DNA of 63,255 bases, the filler included, from Reclinomonas americana ATCC 50394 (Eukaryota), in the NCBI GenBank assembly GCA_048213135.1. It is 7 parts of 5 records of this genome, joined end to end, with 100 filler letters (N's around TTAATTAATTAA, not from the genome) between each part and the next. Parts side by side here need not be neighbours in the genome. Positions count along the whole stretch, not along the records: positions 29,744 to 40,717 come from PS015348.1; positions 40,818 to 47,846 come from PS015348.1; positions 47,947 to 59,564 come from PS015349.1; 4 more parts are not named here. One strand, given 5' to 3'. The translations under genes were made by a program, and so were the position numbers. Positions 37,463 to 48,044 of the stretch are shown here, in pieces. Each line of letters begins with the position of its first letter. Position 1 is the stretch's first letter. The notes beneath the pieces are model-generated. The model was not told the origin of the DNA and did no database searches. It worked only from the letters and a program-made list of their open reading frames with translations.

Positions 37463-37508
37463 GCGGCAGCAGCGACAGTATGCGTCACAATCACCGCTGT
37501 CCCAGTAG
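36585..37508 (+). CDS. C-terminal exon with kinesin-light-chain-type TPR repeats and polyQ tail; 5' end in gap
   Basis: 'LGAEHPDTLVSMNNLA', 'LGDRHSDTLTAMHNLA', 'LGDRHERTLTTMFNYG', 'LGEEDSDTVDAIKTLA'. The first ~80 aa are paralogous to 41055-40818(-). Confidence 0.85.
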
Positions 37509-38317
37509 CAACTACCGCGTGATACCGCTGCCGCCTCACACCCCGTTCCCATGTGAAGATCGCCAAAGGGTAAACTTTCTGTCGTGACGATGTGCAATTT
37601 ACGGAACTCTCTCCAGGCGGAGTCAGGAGAGGCAAGACAGCTATTGCTTGGTTGTTGGTGAATGAATTTGTTGTTGTGCTTGTTTTTTTGCATTCGGGCA
37701 GCGCGCGGAAGTTGCGGTCTAAAGCTGGCGGCTTGCCAGTGGTGAAAGGTTTCTGAGAACGAAGAATGAACCAGCTTGAGGGAGGACAACTCGTTGCACT
37801 CCGCGAATCAGTGTTTCCAATCGCCAAGCACTCGACCCTCGATCACACCTTCTGCAAACCCGCGATCGCTCCCATCCCACTCCGCACACCATCGTCGACG
37901 TCTCCATGGCCAAAGAGCGATCGAATCGCGATTGCAGCGATCGCTTTTCACACGCACAATCGATTCCGTTTCCCACAATCACCGCTCGCCAACGAACCAC
38001 CCGTACTCCTGCATGCTCCTTTCATGCGTCACAAGTCGCGACAACTTCGCGATCGGGACAACTGATTCACGGCAAATTCGTCGAAATCGGACACCCCTAT
38101 CATTGCCGATTTCGTCACTCAACAGCCCGAGAAGAGAGCACACAACCACACACACCCACACAACTCTGTCTGTGACACACACTCTTGTCTCCCTCTTTGC
38201 CTGTCACTCAACTCCATCAGTGAGCACCACAACTTCCGCGCGACTCTCTCTCTCTGTTTCAACCGCCACTCGTCTTCATCAAACAGACTCTCTTTCCCCC
38301 TCTCCCTCTGACACACA

Positions 38318-38991
38318 ATGGACCGTGAGCTGCGAAAGCAAGAGGAGGAGACCTTCGAGAAGCCCAAGAGCGCTCTCAGGTGCGCGCGCGCCCGAAAAAA
38401 GACCTCACACAGACACGAATGTTCGCTTTCACACTCTGTCACTCACTCGTTGTCTCTGACACACACACAGTGACGAGGACGATGAGCTGCGTCTCAAAGG
38501 CCGCGACCTGGCGCCCTCAAACAGCAACGGGTAAGCTCACGCGCGCACACACAAGTTGTCACACACGTGCGCATATATAAACTGACGCGTGCCACTCACA
38601 GTCACTCAACAAGCAGTGTGACTACGACACCAACGCCCACTGCATCAGTGGCGCCTTCTCCGCCTGCGCAGCCTGTGCAGGCGACTGTTGCAGCTTCGGC
38701 ATCGCCCAAGACGCGCAAGTCGACTACGCGGTGTAATCATTGCAACAAGAAGCTCGGCCTGCTGAACTTCACGTGCAAGGGATGCGAGGCGCTGCTGTGT
38801 GCCGGGTGCCGCTTGCCCGAGGATCACACGTGTGCGGCCGATGAGTCGTTCCGAGAGAAGGTCTCTTCTGATACTTTGTAATCGATTGCCTTTGCCGATT
38901 TATTGACTCTTTGTGGGATGTGCAGGCGCGTGCGCGGTTGGCGGAGACGCTGGAGAAGGTGGCGCCGTCGAAGAAGCTCGAGTTTTTGTGA
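38318..38991 (+). CDS. AN1-type zinc finger protein
   Basis: Four exons (~38318-38379, 38471-38531, 38602-38860, 38926-38991) giving 'RCNHCNKKLGLLNFTCKGCEALLCAGCRLPEDHTC..ARARLAETLEKVAPSKKLEFL'. Confidence 0.85.
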
Positions 38992-39327
38992 ACTTGTTGT
39001 TGTTGTCAGTTGTCTCCTCCGCCCCCTTTTGTGCAATTTGGGTCTCTGTTTGTCTCTCTGTGTGTGTTTGTTGGCTTCGGCCGTCGCGTATTGTAGAAGT
39101 ATAGTGTACAGCCACCTTGCTGCTTTGTGTGGGAGGAGAGAGCGAGACGTGTCGGAGCTGTTTGTCCGCACCTGGTCCGCGTGGTTTTTTTCGGAGCTGT
39201 CGGCGTGTTGGGACATGTGGATTTGGCCAACAGGTGGGGAGGGTGCTTGCCATTTTCGAGGGCGGCGTGGCGTTGCTGGATGTGGTAACCATGGTGACAG
39301 GAGGCAGAAGGGGGAATCGACTTCACA

Positions 39328-39650
39328 GCGGGCGACTGGCGCCTCTGCGGCGTTCTCTGCGACCTCGGAGGCAGAACGGCAGAAATCGACATCATACTGA
39401 GCAACTGGCGCCTCAGCAGCGTGCTCTGCGAACTGAAGTGGCAGCGAGCGTCACCGGGAGGAGACAGTCCAGAACCGACGTCACACCGAGCAACTGGCGC
39501 CTCAGAACATCGAAGCGAGCGTCGCCGGGCAGGCATGGACGTGTTACCGAGCGACCGGCGCCTTAGCAGCGTGCTCTGCGACCTCGCATTGAAGCGAGCG
39601 TCGCCAGGGAGCAGAACGGCAGGAATGAGCGACTGGTCAGCAGCGCTAGC
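39328..39650. repeat. Degenerate GC-rich tandem repeat, 4-5 units
   Basis: Recurrent 'gagcRactggcgcct..cagcgtgctctgcga..agcgagcgtcRccggg'. Confidence 0.7.
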
Positions 39651-40079
39651 ATGCAAGTCCCGAGAACGAAGTGAGACGCCCGGCGATGCCATTAAGGTCT
39701 TGTGGGGAGTTTGGGAAGCCCTTGACTCTTGCAGCAGGTGTTCGAGTCCGCCTCGAGACAAGTGAAACAGGAGACAAGACACGAGCGCTCACCCCCGGCC
39801 CGGATCTGCCTCCGCGTGTCAATCGCCAAGCGGTATTCCTGCTGGCCCGGCGTCACATTCCCTAGGGGGCCAAGGTTGGTCGCTTTGTTTGCTTGTTGGG
39901 GATGGTTGCCGTTGCTTGCAGTGAGCGACGTTGACAGGAACCGATGGCGTCCTTGCTTGCACGCAATCAGCAAAGGTCTGTAAAAACGATTGCTTGCTTC
40001 GCTGAGGCGCCACCGCTGCAGGATCCGGAGCAAGCTCGACGCCCGACTTCCATGCGTGGAGTCTGGTGTTGGTATGCAA

Positions 40080-40455
40080 CAGTGGACGCAGTGAGTGACA
40101 GAGAACAGTGAGAAAGAAACAGGAACACGAAATACAGCCTGATGTGGAATTCGATATCTCTCGCGGTTCAAGGTTCTTCTCTGACTCTTTCTCGCGGTCA
40201 CGTACTCCCAGACGCAAGCTTGTAATAGCGGACGCAGTGAGTGAAAGAGAGAGAGAGTGGCAGAGATGTCGACGTCGTGATTTCGATATCTCTTGCAGCT
40301 GTCAAGGTCTCCTCCACCCTTCGTCACACGATCACGGAATAGAGGGTTCATTTGCAATAGTGGAAGCAGCGAGTGAAGGAGAGATAGAGAGGCAGAGGAG
40401 TCGACGTCGCGACTTCGATATCTCTCGACGTTCAAGGCCTTCCTCCGACGCTCCC
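40080..40455. repeat. Three ~132-bp tandem units
   Basis: 'ttcgatatctct' at 40150, 40282 and 40414, each preceded by a 'ggacgcagtgagtga'-like motif. Confidence 0.75.
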
Positions 40456-40717
40456 TCACGCATTCTCATCGCTCAACAAGCTGTAGTAACAGCTCCACCA
40501 GTCAAGCCACCCTCTCTGCACACCTAGAGAACGTCGACAAGCACAAAGACACAGGACATCTTCTCTCTCTTGCGCGAGACATGCGCCTCTTCGCCTGCCA
40601 CTCATGCATCGACGGATGGCGAGTGCGTCTCGTGTGCGCAGAGAAGCACCTGCATGATGTCGTGGAAGAAGGTGACATGAAAGAATGTGTGATTGATGAG
40701 CTCATTCTCTCTCTCCC

Positions 40718-40817
40718 NNNNNNNNNNNNNNNNNNNNNNNNNNNNNNNNNNNNNNNNNNNNTTAATTAATTAANNNNNNNNNNNNNNNNNNNNNNNNNNN
40801 NNNNNNNNNNNNNNNNN
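40718..40817. other. Artificial contig-joining spacer
   Basis: TTAATTAATTAA at 40762-40773 within Ns. Confidence 0.97.
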
Positions 40818-43800
40818 ACGCTCATGACACTGCATCAACAACGGCAAGTTGCTCGAATCATAAGCAAACCACATCAGGCACCGCAACGCATCAATCCTGT
40901 CCAGCACAGTCATCTCGTCACTACCATCCCTCTCCCACTCCTCGCACAAATGCCATGCCTGCTGCCACGAAGATTTGTGTTCATCCCATTGACGGAGCAA
41001 CTCATACAACCGGGCTCGACATTTAGCCACCACAATGGCGAACCGTCGTCGCACAAAACTCATGCCCACATCACCATCTCCACGTTGTCTGCATTCCGTC
41101 ACAAGCCGCACAAGCGAAGAGGCCACTGCTTCATCAAATCCAGCACATGGAAGTTTTTGATCTTCACACTGCTCTCGAATCCATTCCACCGCCCCACACT
41201 GCACCAGCAACCCATGCACGCCAACTGCATCCCTCGCCCACATCCCATCATCCTCACCCAATCGTCGCCACACTGCGTGGAGCACTCTGAGCAAGTCACG
41301 TGACACCAAGAGCACACCGTCGCTGTCATTCTGAGAATCAATGCCATTCAGCACACAACACACAAGTCGCACAATCAGTTGCTGCGCCCGTGACACTGCA
41401 TCGCCACACCGTCCCACAATCCACCCAGCAATCTCGTCGTGCACTCGATACTCCACCACCACATTACTCTCTCGCACTTGCTCACCGCACAACACACGAG
41501 CAACACTGTCCATGCTGCCACTGACACCCACCGTCGCCAGATTCGACAAGCACAGACCCTCCAGCACAGACTCCACCCCGTCGTCAACACCACTCACCAA
41601 CTCATCACGCTGCGCATGCACTCGTTGCTCCTCCTCCTCACTCATCTCGTCAAATTGCAGTCGCTCACCAACCACCTCGGGCACACGCCGTCGCCTCTCC
41701 TGTGCCCGCTCATGCAATCGCAGCCGACGCACACACTGACCCAACTCCACCAGTCGACTGGCCGCCTCCTCATCTTCCTCCACTGCAGCATGCTCGCCAT
41801 CACCACCACCCAAAGCCACCGTCATATCGGGAATCATCCGCAGCACGCCCAGTGCCACTCGTGCGAGTGCCACTGTCACTGGCAAACCAAGTTCCTTGCA
41901 CGCCGTGATCAGCACCAACAATCGGCGTGCTGCTGCCGTCTGCGACATCACATTGCGTTCCAGCAGCTGCGACAGTGCATCGCCACCAATGCCACTCAGC
42001 ACCTCCTCCAGTCGCGCTCCCACCAGCTGTGCTGCCGACTGGGACAGCAACCAGCTGCATGATGAAGAAGAGAAGAGACAGAAGAGTGAGCCTTATCATC
42101 CGTATCACCCACTCACTCACGACACTCACCCAACACACGCACTCACTCGCAGTGCACTCTTCTCCTGCTGTCCACTCTCCAGTGCCTCCACAATACGCCG
42201 TCGCACATCTCCCGACACCTTGTGGAGCAGTCGCTCCTCCACCAGCTGCACAATGTCCTCGCTCTCCACATTCTCCACTCGCACACACTCCACCTCCGCC
42301 TCGTGCATCATCGAGTCACGAAGCTCATCCGCCACTTGTCCATATCGACTCGTGACCAACACAATCGGTGCCACCATTCCATCTGCACAAAGACACACAC
42401 ATTATGCACATCAAGTCAGAATCCAACAACCAAGCAAGAATGAGAATTCTCTCACTTGACACAAACGCACCCTCAAAAGCACATTGAACAACATTCCTCA
42501 CTTGCTCCGCCGATCCCACATTATCAAGCACCATCACTCCACTCGATGCATGCATCAGCTGTCGCAGAAGATGACGTGCTGGTTCCACCTCGTCACTCGC
42601 CAGCAGTGCATCCACCTGGCCGGCCATCTTGCGTCCCTCCATTTCATCCACTCGCATCTGTGCCGTCACAAAGGCACGCAGGCACTCGCCCAGAGCACTC
42701 TCCGCCTGCAGCATGTAGCATGGAGAAGCAAGAGTGAGAATAACAGCATAAGGAGAACGGCACAAAATGAAAGGCAACATGCATGTTCCTCATACACACC
42801 TTTACATGCTCCCTCGCATCACCCACATGACCACGCATCTCCACCGACACGGCCGATCCCTTCCATCGACGAGTGGCCAGCAGCTCGGTCACCAGCAGCT
42901 CGGCCAGGAACGACTTGCCAGTGCCGCCATCGCCCGTCAGCACCACCATGATTGGATGACGTGCTGCACAGAAATCATCACCACCAACAAGATGAGACAA
43001 ATGAATGCAGGAGGAGGAAGAAGGGAGAATGACCAACCAACCTTCCACAGCATCCACAATGCGCATGGCGAGTGAGGCTGCCAGTGCACGCCGACTTGGG
43101 AAGCAGAACGTGGTCACTGGATTGACAGTGCGCGCGATGAGTGGTGTCGTGGATGGGCGACTGCTGTCTGGTGCTGTGTGGCATGGAAGGAGTGTGAGTG
43201 AGCAATGCACATTCCAATGCAAGTCCATCATGGAACACACCTGCAGCAGAGGGAGAAGTGGGTGATATGCTTATTGTGTCAAGCCGTTGGTGCACACGCT
43301 CCATCTCACCACGCATCTGACCAATCACCATACAAGTGAGAAACAGAGAGTTATCTTCAAGTGACCGCTTCCTCATGCATTCCCACTCAACTTGCTCCAC
43401 ATTGGCTGCTATCGATGCCTGGTCAGCTTGACTCAGTGCACCTGCATCCACACACAACCAGACAATATCAGAATCCACATTGAATCCAAACATCTACTCA
43501 CAAACAGCAGCCATCTCTCTCTCTCTCCCTCAAACACTCACCATCACGAGCCTCATTCAGCTGCACCACCAATTCCTCCTCCACATCCCTGCCAATCTGC
43601 AACTGCCGCACAAGCTGATGCAACTCGCCCTCTCCTCCTCCTCCATCACCGAGCAGAGGCACAAAGAGTACACGAGCTCGTGCGGGACTCGATTGCTCGA
43701 ACACCTCCCTCAGTCGCTCAATCGCATTGCGCTGTGACAATGAGAGAGTGAGAGGCACAATCACACACAGAGGGAGATCACCCTCCTCTCTCTCCAATCT

Positions 43801-44578
43801 CAATCTCACACACTCACCACATCGCCAGCTGGAATGAGACGATCTGGCTCGTCTCTCGGGTGCTCTCGATGACCCACCAGCAGCAAGATCGAGCAGCACA
43901 GCATCGCATCAAACGAGCTGCAATCATGCAACTGGCCTCGCCGATGCCACTCGCGCACCGTCTGCTGCTCCTTCTCGTTCAACTGGACACACATGTCCAC
44001 TCCGTCGGGCATGGTGCTGCATGTTGGAAAAAGCACAAAGAAAGACAGGATGCTGGTGAGTGAGGGAATGTGACAAGAAAGTGGGGGCATTCATCAGGGA
44101 TAGAATGTGGAGTCGTGTGGTGAGACATGAAGAGTGCGAGAATGGGGAGAAAGGGATGACCAGAGCATCACCATCTGCCAATGGCTTGTGACAATCTTTT
44201 CTCTTCTCCATTCTGCATCTTGCCATCACGTGCTTCCACATCCACCCCACACACACACTCACCGCACATCACGCTCACTCGGCGCCTTGCACCACTCGGC
44301 GACGTGATTCACACCGGGGTACGAATCGAGAAACGTCGGCAGCACTTGCTCGAGTTTCGATTGCAGAGCGCGGGTGCATGGACGAGACAGGGCTTTGGCA
44401 AGGCGCATCATGCAGTCCTCATCACCAGGATCGTGATGATGACTGCATGGGAGAGGAAGAGAGAGAGTGACATGAAACGAATCAGACACAATGTAAAAGG
44501 TGATGATGATGAATCTGACAACAACAACAAAGTGAGAGAGACACGCAACTCATGGGGCACTCCACTCCCACTCGCCAT
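40818..44578 (-). CDS. STAND (NB-ARC/AP-ATPase-like) NTPase, probably with C-terminal TPRs; 3' partial, possible frameshift near 42035
   Basis: Putative ATG 44578, Walker A 'VVLTGDGGTGKS' (~42910-42950), Walker B 'VMVLDNV' (~42520-42540), sensor 'IVLVTSR' (~42350), 'AAQLVGARL'. Its end matches the start of the TPR exon at 36585. Confidence 0.75.
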
Positions 44579-44649
44579 GATGACGTGTCACAATGCGAAG
44601 AACAACAAACAGCACAGAGACAGATGCACAGGGGAATGACACGCTCTCT

Positions 44650-45090
44650 CTGTATTGCACGGAGAAATGCAACAGCTCTCTCCTTCTCTCTTCGCACACA
44701 CACACACGCACACACACACGCACACACACACGCACACACACACGCACACACACACGCACAGCAGGTGATGATACTGACAGAGAAGCGAGAACACACAAGC
44801 TCACTTCTGCTCACAGCAGCAGCAGCAACAGAACCTGTTATCAACCAAACGAATGAACCACTGAAGTCCAGCCCTCTCTTCCCTTCTCCGCTCTCATGCG
44901 CCGCGCCAGTCACGACAGCGATGACGATGACGACGATGATGAAGAACCGGAGTCATTGCTGACACGCAAACGACGCATTCGCATGCCTACACCACCCTTC
45001 TACCAATGCTCCTCCGCCTCCTCCCGTGCTGCGGCCTGAACCACCAGTGCTGCCACCAATGGGTTTGTCTGTGTGCACAGAGAGAGAGAG
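44650..45090 (+). repeat. Direct repeat copy 1 (exon-like segment with splice sites, frameshifted)
   Basis: High similarity to 47330-47770, e.g. 'gaatgaaccactgaagtccagcc..gacacgcaaacgacgcattcgcatgcc..caatgggtttgtctgtgtgca'. Confidence 0.9.
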
Positions 45091-45177
45091 AGCAAGGAAG
45101 AAGAGGATGTTGCTCTTTTCCTCTGCGTCCCTTCACTTTCTCACTCTCACTCTCTCTCACTCTTCTCTCTCACACAG

Positions 45178-46030
45178 CCTCGTCGGTGGCATTGCCAGCA
45201 CCGCCTTCCTCGGCATCTTCTCATGGACGATCCTCTCGATGAACCACGCGATCTTGACGACGCGCGTTCCAACTTGGCCGAGTTGGTGGTGATCTTCCCC
45301 GAAGATCATCAACCTGCTGAAGGACCTGGACGAGGTTGTGCATCCGCGAGCACACGCTCGAACTCGCGGAACTGGTGGTATCTTCGGGTGCTCTCGGGAG
45401 TCATTGTCGAGCGAGACCAAGGGCAACAACCGCCTGCCGGGCATCATGTGACTCTCGGCTACATTGCTGCCATCTCCGACGCCCTCGCACAACACGTGAT
45501 TGCCACTCGGAGAAGGAGGATCACTTGCGTGCCTGGTCACTGGGTCAGATTGGTCGCCACTCGTCGGAGCACTCGAAGGCCGTCACCGACGCCGAAGTGT
45601 TGCCTCGACCCGCAATCGTCGGACGACCTGAAGACCAAGGCCAAGCGCGCACTCAAGTCGGTGGTGCAAAAATGCTTGCACTTGCCGGCGCTGCAACCAC
45701 TGCTCTCGCGCGCCCCCATCAACATCCTCACCCACGTCACTGGCCAGTACGCCAAGGTGCTGCCAGGCGATCGCGACAGCACGACGAGCGTTTGTGTCGG
45801 ACGGTGGTCTGGAGATGCTGCAACGCATATCCGAGCACGCACCCGAGGGCTCTGAGTTGCAGTTTCGTTGCTCTTCTTCACTGCTCTCCCACTCTCTTTG
45901 CTCGTGTTCTCGTCATGATTTCTCGTGTTACAGAAAGAACATTGACACGATCAACGCATGCTATCCCGACGAGATTGTCAAGTACTACTCACCTGGCTTC
46001 TCCAAGAACTTTGACACCGCCACTCGAGTA
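45178..46030 (+). pseudogene. SPAG6: PF16/SPAG6 (axonemal central-pair armadillo protein) pseudogene fragment
   Basis: Pieces in shifting frames: 'KIINLLKDLDEVV', 'HTLELAELVV', 'KGNNRLPGIM', 'TLGYIAA', 'EDHLRAWSLGQIGRHS', 'SDDLKTKAKRALKSVVQKCLHLPALQPLL..APINILTHVTGQYAKVLP', 'INACYPDEIVKYYSPGFS'. One intron remains (45862-45933); multiple frameshifts and short deletions. Confidence 0.85.
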
Positions 46031-46231
46031 ATGATTACCACGACAACAACAGCAACTATACAGAAGTAGCTTGTTGCTTGTTGTTGTGAATGATTGTTCT
46101 TTTTTCCGAGTCGCGAAGGCAACGGAGAGTGCACATTGTTTCTTGATTCTTTGCTTGCTAATGCTGGAGACTGCGATTGCCGGCCACCTCTTTCACTCGA
46201 TGATCCAACACAGAAATAGCGCGTTATTCAC

Positions 46232-47167
46232 TCAGTGGCCCGAAGAAGCTGGCGCAGAAGCAAAGTAGCCACCACGCTCGATGTCGTCCAGCAGGTTGGC
46301 CTCCTTGGGGGCCCACCCAAGCAGCTCTCGCGTCTTTTGGGACGAGGTGGGGTTGTCGATCCCCGCAAAGCCGGCAAACCATCCAAAGTGCTCCTTGGCC
46401 TCCTCGCCGGCGGCCTTGCTCACCGCGGGCACATTCAGCTGACGGCCAATCAGTTCGGCAATGTCGCGCAGCGGGACGCCTTCCTCCGCCACTGCATGAT
46501 ACACAGCTCCGGGAACGGCACGCTCCAGTGCCAAAAGATACACTCGCGCCGCATCCAGCCGATGCACGGCCGGCCACCGATTCTGGCCATCACCAATGTA
46601 GGCCGACTGGCCCTTCTGCCGGGCCAGCTGAATCAGCATGGGTACAAAGGCCACGTCACCACCATCGCCCTGGTGCACCGTTGGCGGCAGCCGCACAATG
46701 GACACGTTGGCGCCGCCGAATTCGGCCGCGCAACGCCGTGCCGTTTGCTCCGACACGCGAGGACCCGTGGCCGGCTCCGGCGCCGCCACGTCCTCCGTCG
46801 AGGTCTCACCCGGTGCAAGTCGGCTGAGCACCGACGGTGTGGCCGAGGTGACAATCAGCGGTTGCTGCGGCTTGAGTGCACCAGCCAGAGCCTCAATGGC
46901 GCGGCGGTCAACGTCGCAGCTTTCGGCGTACTTTTCAAAGTTGTGGATGAAACCCGTGTGGATGACGGCATCGGCGGCGGTCACTCCGCTGCGGAGCGAG
47001 TCAAGGTCCTCCAGGGAGCCCAGGTGCACGCTGGCCCCGGCCGCACGCAAGGTGGCGGCGGCGGTGTCAGAGCGCGCCAGACCGAGGACGGAGTGCCCTG
47101 CAGACAGAAGCTCGCGGAGGACTGCACTGCCAACAAAGCCAGTGGCGCCGGTGAGGAAGACCTTCAT
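46232..47167 (-). CDS. Atypical SDR / NAD-dependent epimerase-dehydratase family oxidoreductase, intronless, 311 aa
   Basis: 'MKVFLTGATGFVGSAV..GHSVLGLARSD', 'DAVIHTGF', 'IVRLPPTVH', 'YIGDGQNRWPAVHRLDAAR', 'KTRELLGWAP'. Confidence 0.92.
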   Translation of the reverse strand: MKVFLTGATGFVGSAVLRELLSAGHSVLGLARSDTAAATLRAAGASVHLGSLEDLDSLRSGVTAADAVIHTGFIHNFEKYAESCDVDRRAIEALAGALKPQQPLIVTSATPSVLSRLAPGETSTEDVAAPEPATGPRVSEQTARRCAAEFGGANVSIVRLPPTVHQGDGGDVAFVPMLIQLARQKGQSAYIGDGQNRWPAVHRLDAARVYLLALERAVPGAVYHAVAEEGVPLRDIAELIGRQLNVPAVSKAAGEEAKEHFGWFAGFAGIDNPTSSQKTRELLGWAPKEANLLDDIERGGYFASAPASSGH

Positions 47168-47329
47168 CTTGATAAGCAAGCTCTCGCTCAAGACAATGAA
47201 AACGAAGAGTCGTGTCATGCATATGCATGTCCGATATTTGTCCGCAGCGCTGGAGTGAGACGTCGGAGTGGAGTCCTGACCCCCCGGGATCGGACGGAGT
47301 GGTTGCTCCTGCAGCAAGCTAGGACGTCG

Positions 47330-47770
47330 GGCTGCATTGCACAGACGACGGAGAGGGTCGACTCGGAGAGGGTCGGAAGTTTGCTTCTTCGCAAGAGGTC
47401 CAGCACTCTCCCTTCGTCTCTTTTTCTCTTGCACACAATCACGCAGTGGAGAATAACACTGACCCGAGAACACAGCCTCACTTCCTGCAAAGCAGCACCA
47501 GCAACAGAACTTGTTGTCAACCAATCGAATGAATCACTGAAGTCCAGCCACTCTCTTCCCTTCTCCGCTCTCATGCGCCGTGCCACTCACGACAGCGATG
47601 ATAGTGATGACGACGACGATGAACCCGAGTCACTGTTGACACGCAAACGACGCATTCGCATGCCCACACCTCCTCTTCCACCAATGATCCCGCCTCCTCC
47701 CGTGCTGCTTCCTCCACCGCCAGTGCTGCCTCCAATGGGTTTGTCTGTGTGCAGAGAGAGAGAGAGAGAG
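47330..47770 (+). repeat. Direct repeat copy 2 (open Asp/Pro-rich exon-like segment)
   Basis: Matches 44650-45090; reads 'HDSDDSDDDDDEPESLLTRKRRIRMPTPPLPP..' and ends at a GTTTGT donor-like site. Confidence 0.85.
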
Positions 47771-47846
47771 AGAAGAAGAAGAAGAAGAAGAAGAAGAAGA
47801 AGAAGAAGAAGAAGAGACGACGACGACGACGACGGAGGAAGGAGAG

Positions 47847-47946
47847 NNNNNNNNNNNNNNNNNNNNNNNNNNNNNNNNNNNNNNNNNNNNTTAATTAATT
47901 AANNNNNNNNNNNNNNNNNNNNNNNNNNNNNNNNNNNNNNNNNNNN
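47847..47946. other. Artificial contig-joining spacer
   Basis: TTAATTAATTAA at 47891-47902 within Ns. Confidence 0.97.
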
Positions 47947-48044
47947 CCTCCTTCCCCCTTCCCTCCCTTCCCCTCTTTCCCCTCTTTCCCCTCCTACCCC
48001 TCTTTCCCACCTCCTTCTCCTCCTTCCCACTCCTTCTTCCGCAG

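Noticed and set aside
45178..46030. SPAG6 decay as proof of flagellum loss
   Set aside because: Could be a dead duplicate; cannot be judged without the rest of the genome.
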